Shown: positions 42,771 to 56,321 of the stretch, in pieces
How the letters are laid out: each line of letters opens with the position of its first letter
Numbering within the stretch: position 1 is the first letter of the stretch
Source of the DNA: Eledone cirrhosa
Taxonomy: Eukaryota
Length of the DNA stretch: 64,000 nucleotides
Assembly: GCA_964016885.1 (NCBI GenBank)
Contig: OZ024743.1
Location: 358,174,001-358,238,000 of the forward strand
Direction: 5' to 3'
Notes under the pieces: generated by a model
The model's input: the letters and a program-made list of their open reading frames with translations, nothing else
Told to the model about the DNA's origin: nothing
Databases searched by the model: none
Translations under genes and position numbers: made by a program

Positions 42771-43737
42771 CTTTTTTCTTCCTTTTCCTTTAGTGCAATT
42801 AATTTTGTTGATATCTTAATCGTTGAGATGCTTCATCGCCCGACCATGAATACCAATTGTTTAGAGCGCAGAAGCTAAATTCAATATATTGAGATAGAAT
42901 CTTTAAAGATCGTTCTTGCAATCAATCAAATCCCAAAGGAAAATGCTGGACCTATGTTAGAAATGTTTGCAGAAGAGAGCGACTTTTGTTTTACTGTCTT
43001 TCGCATATTGAAACTTCCTGCAAATTGACAATTTCTGCATTGATTCGTTCTTTCTTCTTGTAGAGATACATTTACAAAAAAACCTCTTTAGGGGCGGGCA
43101 GTGACAGTCAGATACAGATGTTGTACGTTATAAAAATAAAGTTGATCAAATTGATGTGTGGACACCGAAATACACGAACATAGACACACAAATATACATA
43201 CAAACGCACACACACAAACACACACATACATATACATACATACAAAAATATAGACAGACATACATACATATAGACACATACATACACGCATGGATGTACG
43301 CATGCATTTGTATGTATACACACTCACACACGTATGTGTATATATATATATATATACATACACACACACACGCGCATACACACATACACACACACACACA
43401 TACGCACATACACACACACACACACATATATATATATATTTGTGTGTGTGTGTGCGTTTGTATACATACATATATACATGCATACATACATGCATACATA
43501 CATACATACATACATACATACATACATACATACATACATACATACATACATACATACATACATACATGAGAGTCTTGTGTCTATGTTAGAAACCGACTCT
43601 CTCTCTATTGGTAAAACTTTGTGAAATTATAAAACCAGAAGAACACACATACATACATACATACATACATACATACACACATTAATACATACATACATAC
43701 ATACATACATACATACATACATACATACATACATACA

Positions 43738-43768
<31 letters not shown>

Positions 43769-43980
43769 TGTAGGAGATAAGCGGTACAGTTGATTGAATC
43801 TATCCCAATATATGACTGACACTTATTTTATCAATTCTGGAAGGAGAAAAGACAAAGTCAAACCCAGTGGAATTTGAACTCATAACTACCAGGAAGGAAA
43901 GTAGATGGCGTAAATCATTTGGCGTAAATCAAGGTTTATACTCTGTATACGCTATCTTTATCTCTATCTCACTCTCTCCG

Positions 43981-44015
<35 letters not shown>

Positions 44016-44115
44016 TTCTCTCTATCTCCCTCGTTCACTCTAACCGCGTGCACACACTTTCTTTATCTAAGTAATGAAACCAGAAAAAAAAAAATGATGA
44101 TTCTTTTCAACTTGA

Positions 44116-44297
44116 GAAGAAGAAGAAGAAGAAGAAGAAGAAGAAGAAGAAGAAGAAGAAGAAGAAGAAGAAGAAGAAGAAGAAGAAGAAGAAGAAGAAG
44201 AAGGAGGAGGAGGAGGAGGAGAGGAGGAGGAGGAGGAGGAGGAGGAGGAGGAGGAGGAGGAGGAGGAGGAGGAGGAGGAGGAGGAGGAGGAGGAGGA
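44116..44297. repeat. (GAA)n(GGA)n microsatellite
   Basis: Direct reading. Confidence 0.95.
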
Positions 44298-46554
44298 ATG
44301 CAGGTTATTGTATAACTTATTGAAGTGGATGAGAGTGGATGGGTAAACGTGTTTAACAACAACACCTGCCATCAACACTACTGAGTACGATATTAAGAAA
44401 TAGCAACTAAATCTCCTTCAAATTACGCCCTATACTTTTAACACTGGAAGGACAACAAATAAAAGTCACGACTGGAATGTCTTTGATCATATCCACAACA
44501 CTAGCTACAAGAACAGTTAACAGAACTAATAACGTTATACTGTGTGTCCGTGAAACATACATCATGTCTGAACACAAAAGAGCCAAACTACCACTGTCAC
44601 TGCCTCCGTCACTCCCGCTTTACCCATCTCTCACTATTATGTGCAAATGGGCGCCCACGCGCTGGCCACCCAGCGCCCCGACGGACAGAATAGAGAAGGC
44701 GTTTCCCCGGAGGATGGTGAGGGAGACGCGCTAGAAGAGCTATTCCAGCTCGCGAAGCTCACACCTGCAGGTAGCCAACTCTATGCCGATGGTGGTGATC
44801 AGAGTTGTTGTTTAGTCTCAAGTCAGTTCTAATCAGGCAGACTTTTGATTAAAGACACTGCTGTCATGATCCATCCACTTTTGTTTGTTTTTATTAGATT
44901 TTCCTTTCTCTTTGAAGAGGATATGGTGTGATTTGGCTGCTATTACTAGCAGATTAAGCGATTGCATATATGAGCTCTCATATCCAATGTGATCTTCCGT
45001 GTTATTGGTGTTGTGTAGCTCACAGCTGAATCTGATCGAGTTGAACTTGCATAAAAAAGTAATCGGATGTAAGTTTAGTTGTAGTAACGGTGTAAGATGC
45101 AAAGAGAAGAAACAGCATATCAGAATAGTAGAGTGCTGGCGAATTAACGTTTGTCAATCAATTAGATATCCTTCCTAAGTAGAACAACAACATCCTTGTC
45201 CCATATGTGTGAGGAGAACGTAGTAAAAGTCATATTGTATAGAGGATCATCAGAATGGATCGGATTTAAAGTACTTTTTGGAGTCTGGTAGCAGTAACTT
45301 AATTTTGGGGATGCACTTAAGATGTTATAAATGTGAGGTCGCTCTGGAAGATTATCAGAGATCATTTGTTGCTAATTTAAATGATAGCCGTGCGCTGTTC
45401 GGGCGTATGAAGGATCCATCACAAACCCGTTTTCTATATGTGTGTAGCGATTGTAGGCGACCAAGCGAATCTCACCTTCATGCAGTGGTCCCTGGGAAAT
45501 AATTTGTTATAATGCTTTGTTAACGAGGCTCTGTATACGAAAACATGTTCATGAACAATAACATTCATACATACATCTGAGTAGAGAAGTTGTAGATTTC
45601 GAAGAATGTTGCCGTTGACTCTCTTCAATGAAGCAGTGAAAGCTCAAAAAAGTTTTTTTTTCCGTTTGTCTGATTGTTTGTTGTTGTTGTCGTTTTTTTG
45701 TTTTGTTTGTTTTGTTCTTTTTTCACTGATTAGTCAGGGAGGAAAAGCTAGCGCCTATGATTTTTTTTCAGGACCCCTATGACAGGGAAGGGGGATAGAT
45801 ATACTTAAACCGGAGGGGTGCTTGGCTTGAATGCTTGTAACAAAGCGGATCCAGAGAGCCAAGTGGCAATGTTTAACCGGATGTTAAGATTAAGTCTACC
45901 ACAGCACCTGCATGTATAGTATTATATGGAGGGATTGTTAGTATCATATATGTAGAAGTAAGTATGATTAAAAAGTATGTCATCACTACATAAAACGGAC
46001 ACTTATTCGGACACCAGCCAGAATATGAAAAGAGAGAAGAATACGGGTTACAGAAAAAGATTTTCTATTGGCGTGAAGCTAAAGGTTTATAAAACTTCTA
46101 TAAAAAATATATACTGGACTGGGGTGAATTTGAGTACAGATCGTCTACAGAAAATTTGAAAATTCAGATATAGAGGAAACATAATCGAATATTGGGGTAC
46201 TCCAGAACTGAATTATACTGGGTTGAGCAGAGCCCTGACAACGTATACTGCAGTCTGATAGAAGATTTCTAACCTAAAAGACAACGGACAAATGGAAGCC
46301 ATGGATGGAAAACTTTACCATGAAGTTCTCGTGTTAAACGCAATCAGAGAATTTGCTGATGTCGAACGAAAACAATATCATCCTCAGTGAATAGTTCAAG
46401 ATCGAGGGACCTTTATACATAACGCAGAATATAAAGAGTCTGGTAAATTTACAGCTATGGAGATTAAGGATTGTTTTTGGTTTTCAATTTTTCCATAAAT
46501 GTTTAAAAGGTATAACTATGTATACAGTTAAGTATCTTTATATATATATATATA

Positions 46555-47592
46555 CTAGTTGAATTACTCGGCGTTGCCCGGGTTACTGCTGTTCTTATTC
46601 AGATTAGTAAACAATAAGTATGAGGATATGTTGTTGTTTTTTTCTCATAATTATTTCAAAATATCTATATTTTATTTTTTAAATATCAAAATTGTAATGA
46701 TAATAGAATTTAGGAATGAAAATCTCTCAATCTTGAAGCACCTTTGGGTAAACAATATTCATTGTCATTTTTTGTTGGTATCCAAATGAATAAATTGTTG
46801 CTACACACTCACACACATACACTCTCACATGCATATACTAAGACAGGCATACACAGACATACATTCATGCAGACACAGGCATAGCTCTTCACCTCATTTT
46901 GTTTACAGTCGCTACATGTTTATGTATGTGTAGATGTGTGTGTGTGTACTTAATAACATACCTAATGAACGCGCACACAGACACATACATATTCAGATAA
47001 AAAATGTAGTTGTGTTGTTTTCTATTTTAATCCAAATGAAAATAAAGATTATCACAACACATACACTGACACATACAATCAACACATACAATCTCACATA
47101 CACTCTCACACACACACACTCTCACATACACTCTCACACACACACACTCACATACATTCACATACATATACTAAGACAGACATACACAGACATATACCTG
47201 TCAGTAATCACATATGTATCTGTATGTGTAGATGTGTGTGTGTGTGTTTAATTGTCTGTGTGAAGATAATATGTATGCAACTTACTAATGCTATATGTAT
47301 GTGTAGATGCGTGTGTGTGTTTAATTCTCTGTGGCCTAACGTACGTAACGAACTTGCAGACACACACACTCACAGACACATACACACTCATATACAAAAT
47401 GTGACGTCGTCGTCGTCGTCGTCGTTTCCTATAATTCACAATAGAAAAGTTATTTAAATAAAATATTATATTGTTTTAATCCAAATGAAAATAAAAATTT
47501 CATGTTGACACTCCCGAGGTCTAATACTATCGCTTTGTAAAATTTGATTTGGTTTGGTCCAACAGTTTGAGAATGCATAGGAAGAGACAAAG

Positions 47593-47600
<8 letters not shown>
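46555..47600 (-). mobile_element. Non-autonomous Helitron-like element (paralog of 38497-39722)
   Basis: The minus-strand 3' end is CCCGGGCAACGCCGAG TAATTCAA CTAG. The body is collinear with the 38.5-39.7 kb copy. Confidence 0.8.
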
Positions 47601-47680
<80 letters not shown>

Positions 47681-47684
47681 TATA

Positions 47685-49026
47685 GAGTAAACATGTCCAG
47701 AGAATTATTTGATAATATATATACATCATCTCTACTCCCAATCAGCATAATTAACCACACAAAAATTCAATTAGACCAGGCTATAAGAATAAAAGGCACC
47801 TATGAAGAAACAGTAAATAAATACGCCACAGCGGCGTCTTCGCGTCCAACCGCTATAGAATATTTACCCAACATTTCAACAGCACGTGGAAATTAATTAA
47901 ATATACGGTCAACCATACATAATTAGGTAAAAATTAATGTTAGAAATGCTTATATACATACCAAGATTAAATCACTAAATCCCGACCCATGGGTTTCGCT
48001 CACATTTTGAGATATTATATTAAGGATAATACTCGAGTTTAGAGCTCGTCAGGGGGACAAACTCGCTAGGACATATTATTTTCCGAAGTGGCCCCCGCCA
48101 AACACGAATTCAATATATATATATATATATATTATAAAATAACAGGAGGCTGGACTGGTGTAATTCCTTAAAAGGTTTATTATACTATGATCATTTCAAT
48201 GACCGGGTTCAGTATGAATCGAGTGACATCATCAGGTATTCGAAATATAACAAAGGAATATAATAAATATTGCTAGAGGAAATACTGTATATATGTTATC
48301 AGATGATTCTATGGACGTACTTTCTTATATATTGCTCTGATTGTTGATTATTTAATTAATTAATTCGTCATTGAGCCACACCGTGAATGGTTGCCAAAAA
48401 CACATATATATATCTATGGCTCTGTCTAGTTTATGTATATGTAAATCTATATATTTTATAATCTCCTGTATGGTTGAGAAACAATTTAGGCAGTATTCGG
48501 CTGCGCTTTCTAGCAACCAGCCCACTCGCCGTCAGGCACCAATCACAAACTTTCTGACTTGACCACTAGCCACGTCACAGTTCTTACCCATTTTGAATTC
48601 GTTTCTGGCGGGAATCATTTAAGAAAAATCTTTGTCCAATTGAGTTTGTTTCCTGATGATTTCGAAACTCGTGAATTTATCCATGATCGGATATTTCCAA
48701 AAAGCGAATGAAATCTCATGGGGTAGAGACATAATTTTGGTGTGCTTATATACATTTTTTCTTCTAACTTTGATTTTGTACCTAATTGTGTATGGTTGAC
48801 TATAAATCTAATAGATTTCCACGGGCTATTAGAAGTACTGGGTAAATATTATGTGGTTGTTGATCGCGGATAAAATAGCTATCGTTTATTTATCTATTGT
48901 TTCTTCATAGGTGCTTTTTAAACTCATAACTTTGTTTAATTGATTTTTTGTGTGGTTAATTATGCTGATTGGGAGAGGAAATACTGTATATATTTTATCT
49001 ATCAAATGATTCTATGGACGTACTTT

Positions 49027-49030
<4 letters not shown>
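47685..49030. mobile_element. Diverged head-to-head pair of a pseudo-LTR-like family with degenerate ultra-minimal HHRs
   Basis: 47690-48113 is an imperfect reverse complement of ~48593-49025. Cores are CTGACGA-GCTC-TAAA-CTCGAG-TA (minus, ~48030-48052) and CTGATGA-TTTC-GAAA-CTCGTG (+, ~48653-48673). 48276-48330 is directly repeated at ~48975-49030. Confidence 0.65.
48182..48239 (-). ncRNA. Type I hammerhead ribozyme (relative of 24550-24607)
   Basis: Minus strand: ATAC-CTGATGA-TGTCACTCGATTCA tac TGAACCCGGTCATT-GAAA-TGATCA-TA-GTAT. Confidence 0.75.
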
Positions 49031-49058
<28 letters not shown>

Positions 49059-49066
<8 letters not shown>

Positions 49067-52021
49067 GAAACTACACAGATACATGCGGACACACACATAT
49101 ATACATGAATGCATCCGCACCCAACTGCGAGTTAAGGGTGCCAACTTCACCGATGTTGCTCAATGAATGACTGGGACAGACCAATTCAGTTTGAACCAGA
49201 CTGAACCAGTATCAGAGTTAAAAATACATTATGAAGAGAGAAGAAACATTTAGATATAATTGGTAATAAAATGTATCATACCTAAACTGCTCCTAAATTC
49301 CTCGACTACGTAGTTTCGTGGCATAAACAAAAACAATATATCAAAGATATAGAGTCCTTGCGAGGTCTGCCAACTTATCAAGAGGATACCTCATTTTACT
49401 AGTCTCAAGAACGCGTCTACACGACGTGAGAAAGAATCCCAAAAGGCGGAGGGGGAGATAGTCACGCGATATAACGGTCGAGAAACAGAGCTAAGCCTCT
49501 TATAACCACGAAGAAAATACCACGGAGGCGGAGGGGGTATTCATATCGAGGCCGTAGAAGAGGTAGTGAAGAAGGCGAGAAGTACGAGTAATGGAAGCTT
49601 TCCAGTTGTCCCCACACTTCAAAGATTGCTCGACCAGAGGGAGTTATTAATATATTTAGAAACACACAGATACATGCGGACACACACATATATACATGAA
49701 TGCATCCGCACACAACTGCGAGTTAAGGGTGCCAACTTCACCGATGTTGCTCAATGAATGACTGGGACAGACCAATTCAGTTTGAACCAGACTGAACCAG
49801 TATCAGAGTTAAAAATACATTATGAAGAGAGAAGAAACATTTAGATATAATTGGTAATAAAATGTATCATACCTAAACTGCTCCTAAATTCCTCGACTAC
49901 GTAGTTTCGTGGCATAAACAAAAACAATATATCAAAGATATAGAGTCCTTGCGAGGTCTGCCAACTTATCAAGAGGATACCTCATTTTACTAGTCTCAAG
50001 AACGCGTCTACACGACGTGAGAAAGAATCCCAAAAGGCGGAGGGGGAGATAGTCACGCGATATAACGGTCGAGAAACAGAGCTAAGCCTCTTATAACCAC
50101 GAAGAAAATACCACGGAGGCGGAGGGGGTATTCATATCGAGGCCGTAGAAGAGGTAGTGAAGAAGGCGAGAAGTACGAGTAATGGAAGCTTTCCAGTTGT
50201 CCCCACACTTCAAAGATTGCTCGACCAGAGGGAGTTATTAATATATTTAGAAACACACAGATACATGCGGACACACACATATATACATGAATGCATCCGC
50301 ACCCAACTGCGAGTTAAGGGTGCCAACTTCACCGATGTTGCTCAATGAATGACTGGGACAGACCAATTCAGTTTGAACCAGACTGAACCAGTATCAGAGT
50401 TAAAAATACATTATGAAGAGAGAAGAAACATTTAGATATAATTGGTAATAAAATGTATCATACCTAAACTGCTCCTAAATTCCTCGACTACGTAGTTTCG
50501 TGGCATAAACAAAAACAATATATCAAAGATATAGAGTCCTTGCGAGGTCTGCCAACTTATCAAGAGGATACCTCATTTTACTAGTCTCAAGAACGCGTCT
50601 ACACGACGTGAGAAAGAATCCCAAAAGGCGGAGGGGGAGATAGTCACGCGATATAACGGTCGAGAAACAGAGCTAAGCCTCTTATAACCACGAAGAAAAT
50701 ACCACGGAGGCGGAGGGGGTATTCATATCGAGGCCGTAGAAGAGGTAGTGAAGAAGGCGAGAAGTACGAGTAATGGAAGCTTTCCAGTTGTCCCCACACT
50801 TCAAAGATTGCTCGACCAGAGGGAGTTATTAATATATTTAGAAACACACAGATACATGCGGACACACACATATATACATGAATGCATCCGCACCCAACTG
50901 CGAGTTAAGGGTGCCAACTTCACCGATGTTGCTCAATGAATGACTGGGACAGACCAATTCAGTTTGAACCAGACTGAACCAGTATCAGAGTTAAAAATAC
51001 ATTATGAAGAGAGAAGAAACATTTAGATATAATTGGTAATAAAATGTATCATACCTAAACTGCTCCTAAATTCCTCGACTACGTAGTTTCGTGGCATAAA
51101 CAAAAACAATATATCAAAGATATAGAGTCCTTGCGAGGTCTGCCAACTTATCAAGAGGATACCTCATTTTACTAGTCTCAAGAACGCGTCTATCGTGACT
51201 ATCTCCCCCTCCGCCTTTTGGGATTCTTTCTCACGTCGTGTAGACGCGTTCTTGAGACTAGTAAAATGAGGTATCCTCTTGATAAGTTGGCAGACCTCGC
51301 AAGGACTCTATATCTTTGATATATTGTTTTTGTTTATGCCACGAAACTACGTAGTCGAGGAATTTAGGAGCAGTTTAGGTATGATACATTTTATTACCAA
51401 TTATATCTAAATGTTTCTTCTCTCTTCATAATGTATTTTTAACTCTGATACTGGTTCAGTCTGGTTCAAACTGAATTGGTCTGTCCCAGTCATTCATTGA
51501 GCAACATCGGTGAAGTTGGCACCCTTAACTCGCAGTTGTGTGCGGATGCATTCATGTATATATGTGTGTGTCCGCATGTATCTGTGTGTTTCTAAATATA
51601 TTAATAACTCCCTCTGGTCGAGCAATCTTTGAAGTGTGGGGACAACTGGAAAGCTTCCATTACTCGTACTTCTCGCCTTCTTCACTACCTCTTCTACGGC
51701 CTCGATATGAATACCCCCTCCGCCTCCGTGGTATTTTCTTCGTGGTTATAAGAGGCTTAGCTCTGTTTCTCGACCGTTATATCGCGTGACTATCTCCCCC
51801 TCCGCCTTTTGGGATTCTTTCTCACGTCGTGTAGACGCGTTCTTGAGACTAGTAAAATGAGGTATCCTCTTGATAAGTTGGCAGACCTCGCAAGGACTCT
51901 ATATCTTTGATATATTGTTTTTGTTTATGCCACGAAACTACGTAGTCGAGGAATTTAGGAGCAGTTTAGGTATGATACATTTTATTACCAATTATATCTA
52001 AATGTTTCTTCTCTCTTCATA

Positions 52022-52026
<5 letters not shown>
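49059..52026. repeat. Retrozyme-like tandem array, 591-bp monomer with one HHR per unit, head-to-head inverted (about 3.6 units minus + 1.4 units plus)
   Basis: TATTTAGAAAC at 49061, 49653, 50244 and 50835. The strand switches at ~51192-51194. Both outer ends abut (TA)n, and units are nearly identical. Confidence 0.93.
51274..51361 (+). ncRNA. Type I hammerhead ribozyme, U3-A8 core, long loop II (copies: + 51865-51952; - 49299-49386, 49890-49977, 50481-50568, 51072-51159)
   Basis: TCCTC-TTGATAA-GTTGGCA...TGCCAC-GAAA-CTACGTAG-TC-GAGGA. Confidence 0.85.
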
Positions 52027-52077
<51 letters not shown>

Positions 52078-52899
52078 ATGTATGTATGTATGTATATCCA
52101 AAATTCAATTAAGGGTGTCATGTCCGAGACATGCGCCATATTCACTATAGAATATGCTCAAAGATTCCAATGAATAGATCCGACCATTTTATATCAACTA
52201 GAAATTGATTGACATATATATATATATCTAAAATAAACACATGAAACAACCACAGGGGTAATTTGTAAAGTGTGTAAGCACACACAGCTAGGTAGGTAAC
52301 TAATCAAAGTTTAACTAGAACTTCAAATATAGATACCTTTTAAAATGATTAACCTTCCTTCTATATATTTCATTAAAGAAATATATTTCACCATTAATCC
52401 GTAAATCACAGTAGTCAAACCATTTCAAACACTAAATACAACCCTTAATTCTTTGTAGTACAAATATCCCTTTAAGGATAGAAATAGTTTACACCAAAGT
52501 CTCACCCCTAGCATAGGTTAACCTACCTTCCTTATTTTTTACTTCATTTTTATTTTTATTTTATTTTATTCCTCTTCGACAAACCGTTGACCAACAGAAA
52601 ACACAGACACACCCCTTAGTATAGCACCACACTCTTTCATCTCCCATCACGCATAGCCCATAACCACCTCCACACTCACACCCATCACCCTCACGTCTCA
52701 CCACATACAGGTCTATGAAACAACCAAAACACCACACCACCTCTTCATTATGATCCTTCCCCCACCTACCACACATACCAAAACATTCTTTATAATAAAA
52801 CCACCAATCAAAACAACAATAACTGACCACCATAAATGAATGTGAATCGTTATAGACCTTTCTAAGCCCTACAGGTTCATTCTGTCATTACCACAGCAG

Positions 52900-52985
52900 A
52901 GGTCCGACGAGTCTTTGATTCCAGAGTCGGGCTAGATCGGTACAGATCGAACCTTGAGCTGATCAATAGCGAAACGCGCGTCCCT
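52900..52985 (+). ncRNA. Hammerhead-like motif (U4C core, long loop II) in a probable PLE 3' UTR (~52100-53120)
   Basis: AGGT-CCGACGA-GTCTTTGATT...GATCAATAGC-GAAA-CGCGCG-TC-CCT. Confidence 0.55.
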
Positions 52986-53118
52986 ACTCAAAAAACGTAA
53001 TGATGACATAACAAATCGTCGTTTTATTATTATAATTACTTTCTGCTTAGCTCTACACCTCTTTACCGTCTGGAATAACCTACACTCGGGTTAACCTTCA
53101 GTAACTGCGCGTTACATT

Positions 53119-53217
<99 letters not shown>

Positions 53218-53255
53218 TATTAAATAAATGGAAACTATATTTATAAAACCACATT

Positions 53256-53316
53256 TATTCTATTATATATATTTCAAGGGTACCAAAACTTTGGTACGCT
53301 TTCATCAGATAAAATA
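53256..53316 (-). ncRNA. Type I hammerhead ribozyme (family of 8912 and 9199)
   Basis: Minus strand: TATTTTAT-CTGATGA-AAGCGTACCAA agtt TTGGTACCCTT-GAAA-TATATA-TA-ATAGAATA. Confidence 0.85.
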
Positions 53317-53655
53317 CAAAGTTTGTTTTATAAATTCTGACATAACCAAGAAAAAATAGCATAATGGTTCAGGTTTTCCTTGGATAGTGAAGAGATAAGA
53401 GAAGAAAAGTCAGATATTTCAAATTATTAAGATGAGTATGCAAATGAGGTTGAAGTATAGGGCTGAAAAAAATGTTATTTTAGACGCTATGCAGAATCAT
53501 TTATATTTGTTGAATTACCAACAAATTGAATATCCCTTTTGCTTATATATATATATAACTGAACTCACTCGATATGCAAATTAGGCTGCTCAGCCGTTAA
53601 TATGCATAAGGAAAGTATATACTTTCAGACGTTCAACCATCTGGCAGGAAGGTAT

Positions 53656-53698
53656 ACGATGCTGATGATAGCTAATAAGCTTGAAACTAGTACATCGT
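53656..53698 (+). ncRNA. Minimal type I hammerhead ribozyme
   Basis: ACGATG-CTGATGA-TAGCT aata AGCTT-GAAA-CTAG-TA-CATCGT, with a perfect 6-bp stem I. Confidence 0.9.
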
Positions 53699-53978
53699 TC
53701 CTGTGTCAGTGTTGAACAAAAAGGTGACGTGGTTGCCTAAACACTGTACGGCGTAATTCGGGATGTTTGTTTGTTTACAAACAAACAATCCGAGCATTAT
53801 AATAAATGTTCGGTAAACCGATACGTGCATATATATATATATGTGTGTGCATGTATGTATATATATACATACTACTGTACGTCTGTATACATATATGTAT
53901 GTACGTATACATACATACTTACATTTAAGTAAGTGCCGTACTAAGAGTGAGAAATGAAATTTCGTTTCATTCTATTCA

Positions 53979-54121
<143 letters not shown>

Positions 54122-54162
54122 TCTAGTGTGTTACCTTTTCAACATATTGTATTTTATATATA

Positions 54163-54259
<97 letters not shown>

Positions 54260-54491
54260 ATAAAACAGGTAAAACCACCAGTGTATGGAATCTATAATCT
54301 ATGGAAGGCAGGGTAGACACACAATAGGTGGTTTTCCCTGTTTTATTGATGGCACACTATCTCTCTCTAATGTGTTACCTTTTCAATATATTGTATTTTA
54401 AAGAATTCAGGATTCCTTTTCCTTTGAGCACATTATTGACAGAGAATAACGAGTCTATGACTCCGTTAATTTATCGTGATATATATATATA

Positions 54492-54702
54492 CCCAACAGA
54501 CAACTGAAGAGAGGACCTGTCCCTTGTTTATGCTTTCCTTTCATTTCTAAATAAACTTTATCAGTAACCACACAACACCTTGTTTCTTCTAAATTTTAAT
54601 TAATTTTTTTTCTCTTTTCCTTCATCCCGCTCCCTTTCTTTCCTTCCCTTTCTTTCTTTCTTTCCCTTTCTTTCTCTCCCTTTCTCTCTCTCCCGCTCAT
54701 GT

Positions 54703-54763
<61 letters not shown>

Positions 54764-55207
54764 TCCTCGCCCACTCACTTATCCTTTCTTTCTTTCTGCT
54801 CCCTTACTACTTCCGTTTTCTGTCGTCTCTTCCTCTTTTCGCCTGCTCCCGCCGAGTTTCACGTGTTTTTCTTGCTGTTAATAAGTCCTCGGACTTTTGC
54901 CCAACCGCCGGTTTAACTCCCCTTCTCTCTCTCCCCTGGTTACTTTACATACATATGCTGCTCCCTCTCTCTATCGGTATGTTTTCTACGTTTTTACTTC
55001 TATTTTCCCTTCTGTTTAATTTATTTTCTCTCTCTTTTTCCTTTCCCCAATAGTTATTGACGCTCTGGGGATAGACGTATTGTCTTTAATGCGTTGAAAC
55101 GACCGAGACCCCCAGCAGACAACTGAAGAGAAGACATGTCCCTTGTTTGTGCTTTCCTTTCATTTATAAATACACTTTATCAGTAACCACGCGGCACCTT
55201 GTTTCTT
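54492..55207 (+). mobile_element. Pseudo-LTR-like unit with a ~95-bp terminal direct repeat, flanked by TA
   Basis: CAGACAACTGAAGAGA..TTTATCAGTAACCAC..CACCTTGTTTCTT at ~54492-54588 and ~55110-55207. Decayed HHR-like GACGTATT..AATGCGTT-GAAA at ~55065-55105. Confidence 0.6.
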
Positions 55208-55400
55208 ATATATATATGAGTGTTTCTGAAGAAGACGGTCGATCGAACCGGAATTTCGAGACTAGAAATAGGTAGTAACCTAACCATTACCATGCTAGTC
55301 GATACACGGACCTTCCACGATCAATTGACCCTCTGCAACAATCGTAAAACAATGAACTAATTAACTACCAGCCTCTGACATATGTCGTTTTCCATTGTTC

Positions 55401-55490
<90 letters not shown>

Positions 55491-56025
55491 CATATGTGTG
55501 TGTGTGTGTGTAAAAGGTAAACATAAATAACAACACAATCGGTACAGTATATGGAAGGAATATATTAGATTAACGCTTGAAATAGCAGGAAGAGGGTCTT
55601 AACGTTAAGAGTTAAAGTAAGAGTTAATATACCGTTGTTGGCCCAACTTAAACTATTTTGATTATCTATGTTACTCTCACATTGAAACTTTCTGACAACA
55701 TAACAATGCATGACGTTCTGCTGATAAACATACATCCTATCATTCGTTGATTTGTTGAGATAGTGCTGCTTTTGATCATATTGAATACATATGTATGTAT
55801 TTATGTATGTTCTTCTGGTTTTATAATTTCACAAATTTTTACCAATAGAGAGAGAGTCGGTTTCTAACATAGACACAAGGCTCTCTCATTGGAATTTACA
55901 CAACATCAACTAGGTATGCATGCATGTGTAGATATGGATGTTATTGTATGTGTGGATATATATGTTTTGAGTTGTCTGTGTGCATGAGTATATGCTTAGT
56001 ATCTTTACATGTGTATATGCAGTTA

Positions 56026-56275
56026 TTAGATGCAAAATTTTTGGAATGTTTTACATATTTTTACTGTTCCATTAATGGATTGTATTTGTAATTTCCTAAC
56101 TAGTTGTGTTCTTTCTGTTCCTGTGAAGCCTAGCTTCTCAAGATTTGTATTGCGGCAGTTACTAACATATCCCAGTTCCCCAATAATCACAGGCATAAAT
56201 CTGAAGGTGTAATCAGGGTGGAGTATCTGCAGATTTCTCATCAGTTCTGAATAAATATTCTCCTTTTCGCTAATT
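56026..56275 (-). pseudogene. C-terminal RLE-domain fragment of a non-LTR retrotransposon
   Basis: SEKENIYSELMRNLQILHPDYTFRFMPVIIGELGYV..LQIQSINGTVKICKTF. Confidence 0.7.
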
Positions 56276-56321
56276 TATGATATTATATTGGCATCATGTA
56301 TGTACGTATATATGTATGTAT

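Noticed and set aside
44063-44378. Poly-Arg/Gly/Pro/Ser ORFs
   Set aside because: They come from the (GAA)n(GGA)n microsatellite.
49462-51789. Repeated 63-83 aa ORFs in the 591-bp array
   Set aside because: They recur only because the monomer is repeated, overlap on both strands and show no recognisable motif.
55226-55272. CTGAAGA..CGGT/ACCG..GAGA-CTAG hammerhead-like motif
   Set aside because: GAAA and the cleavage triplet are disrupted.
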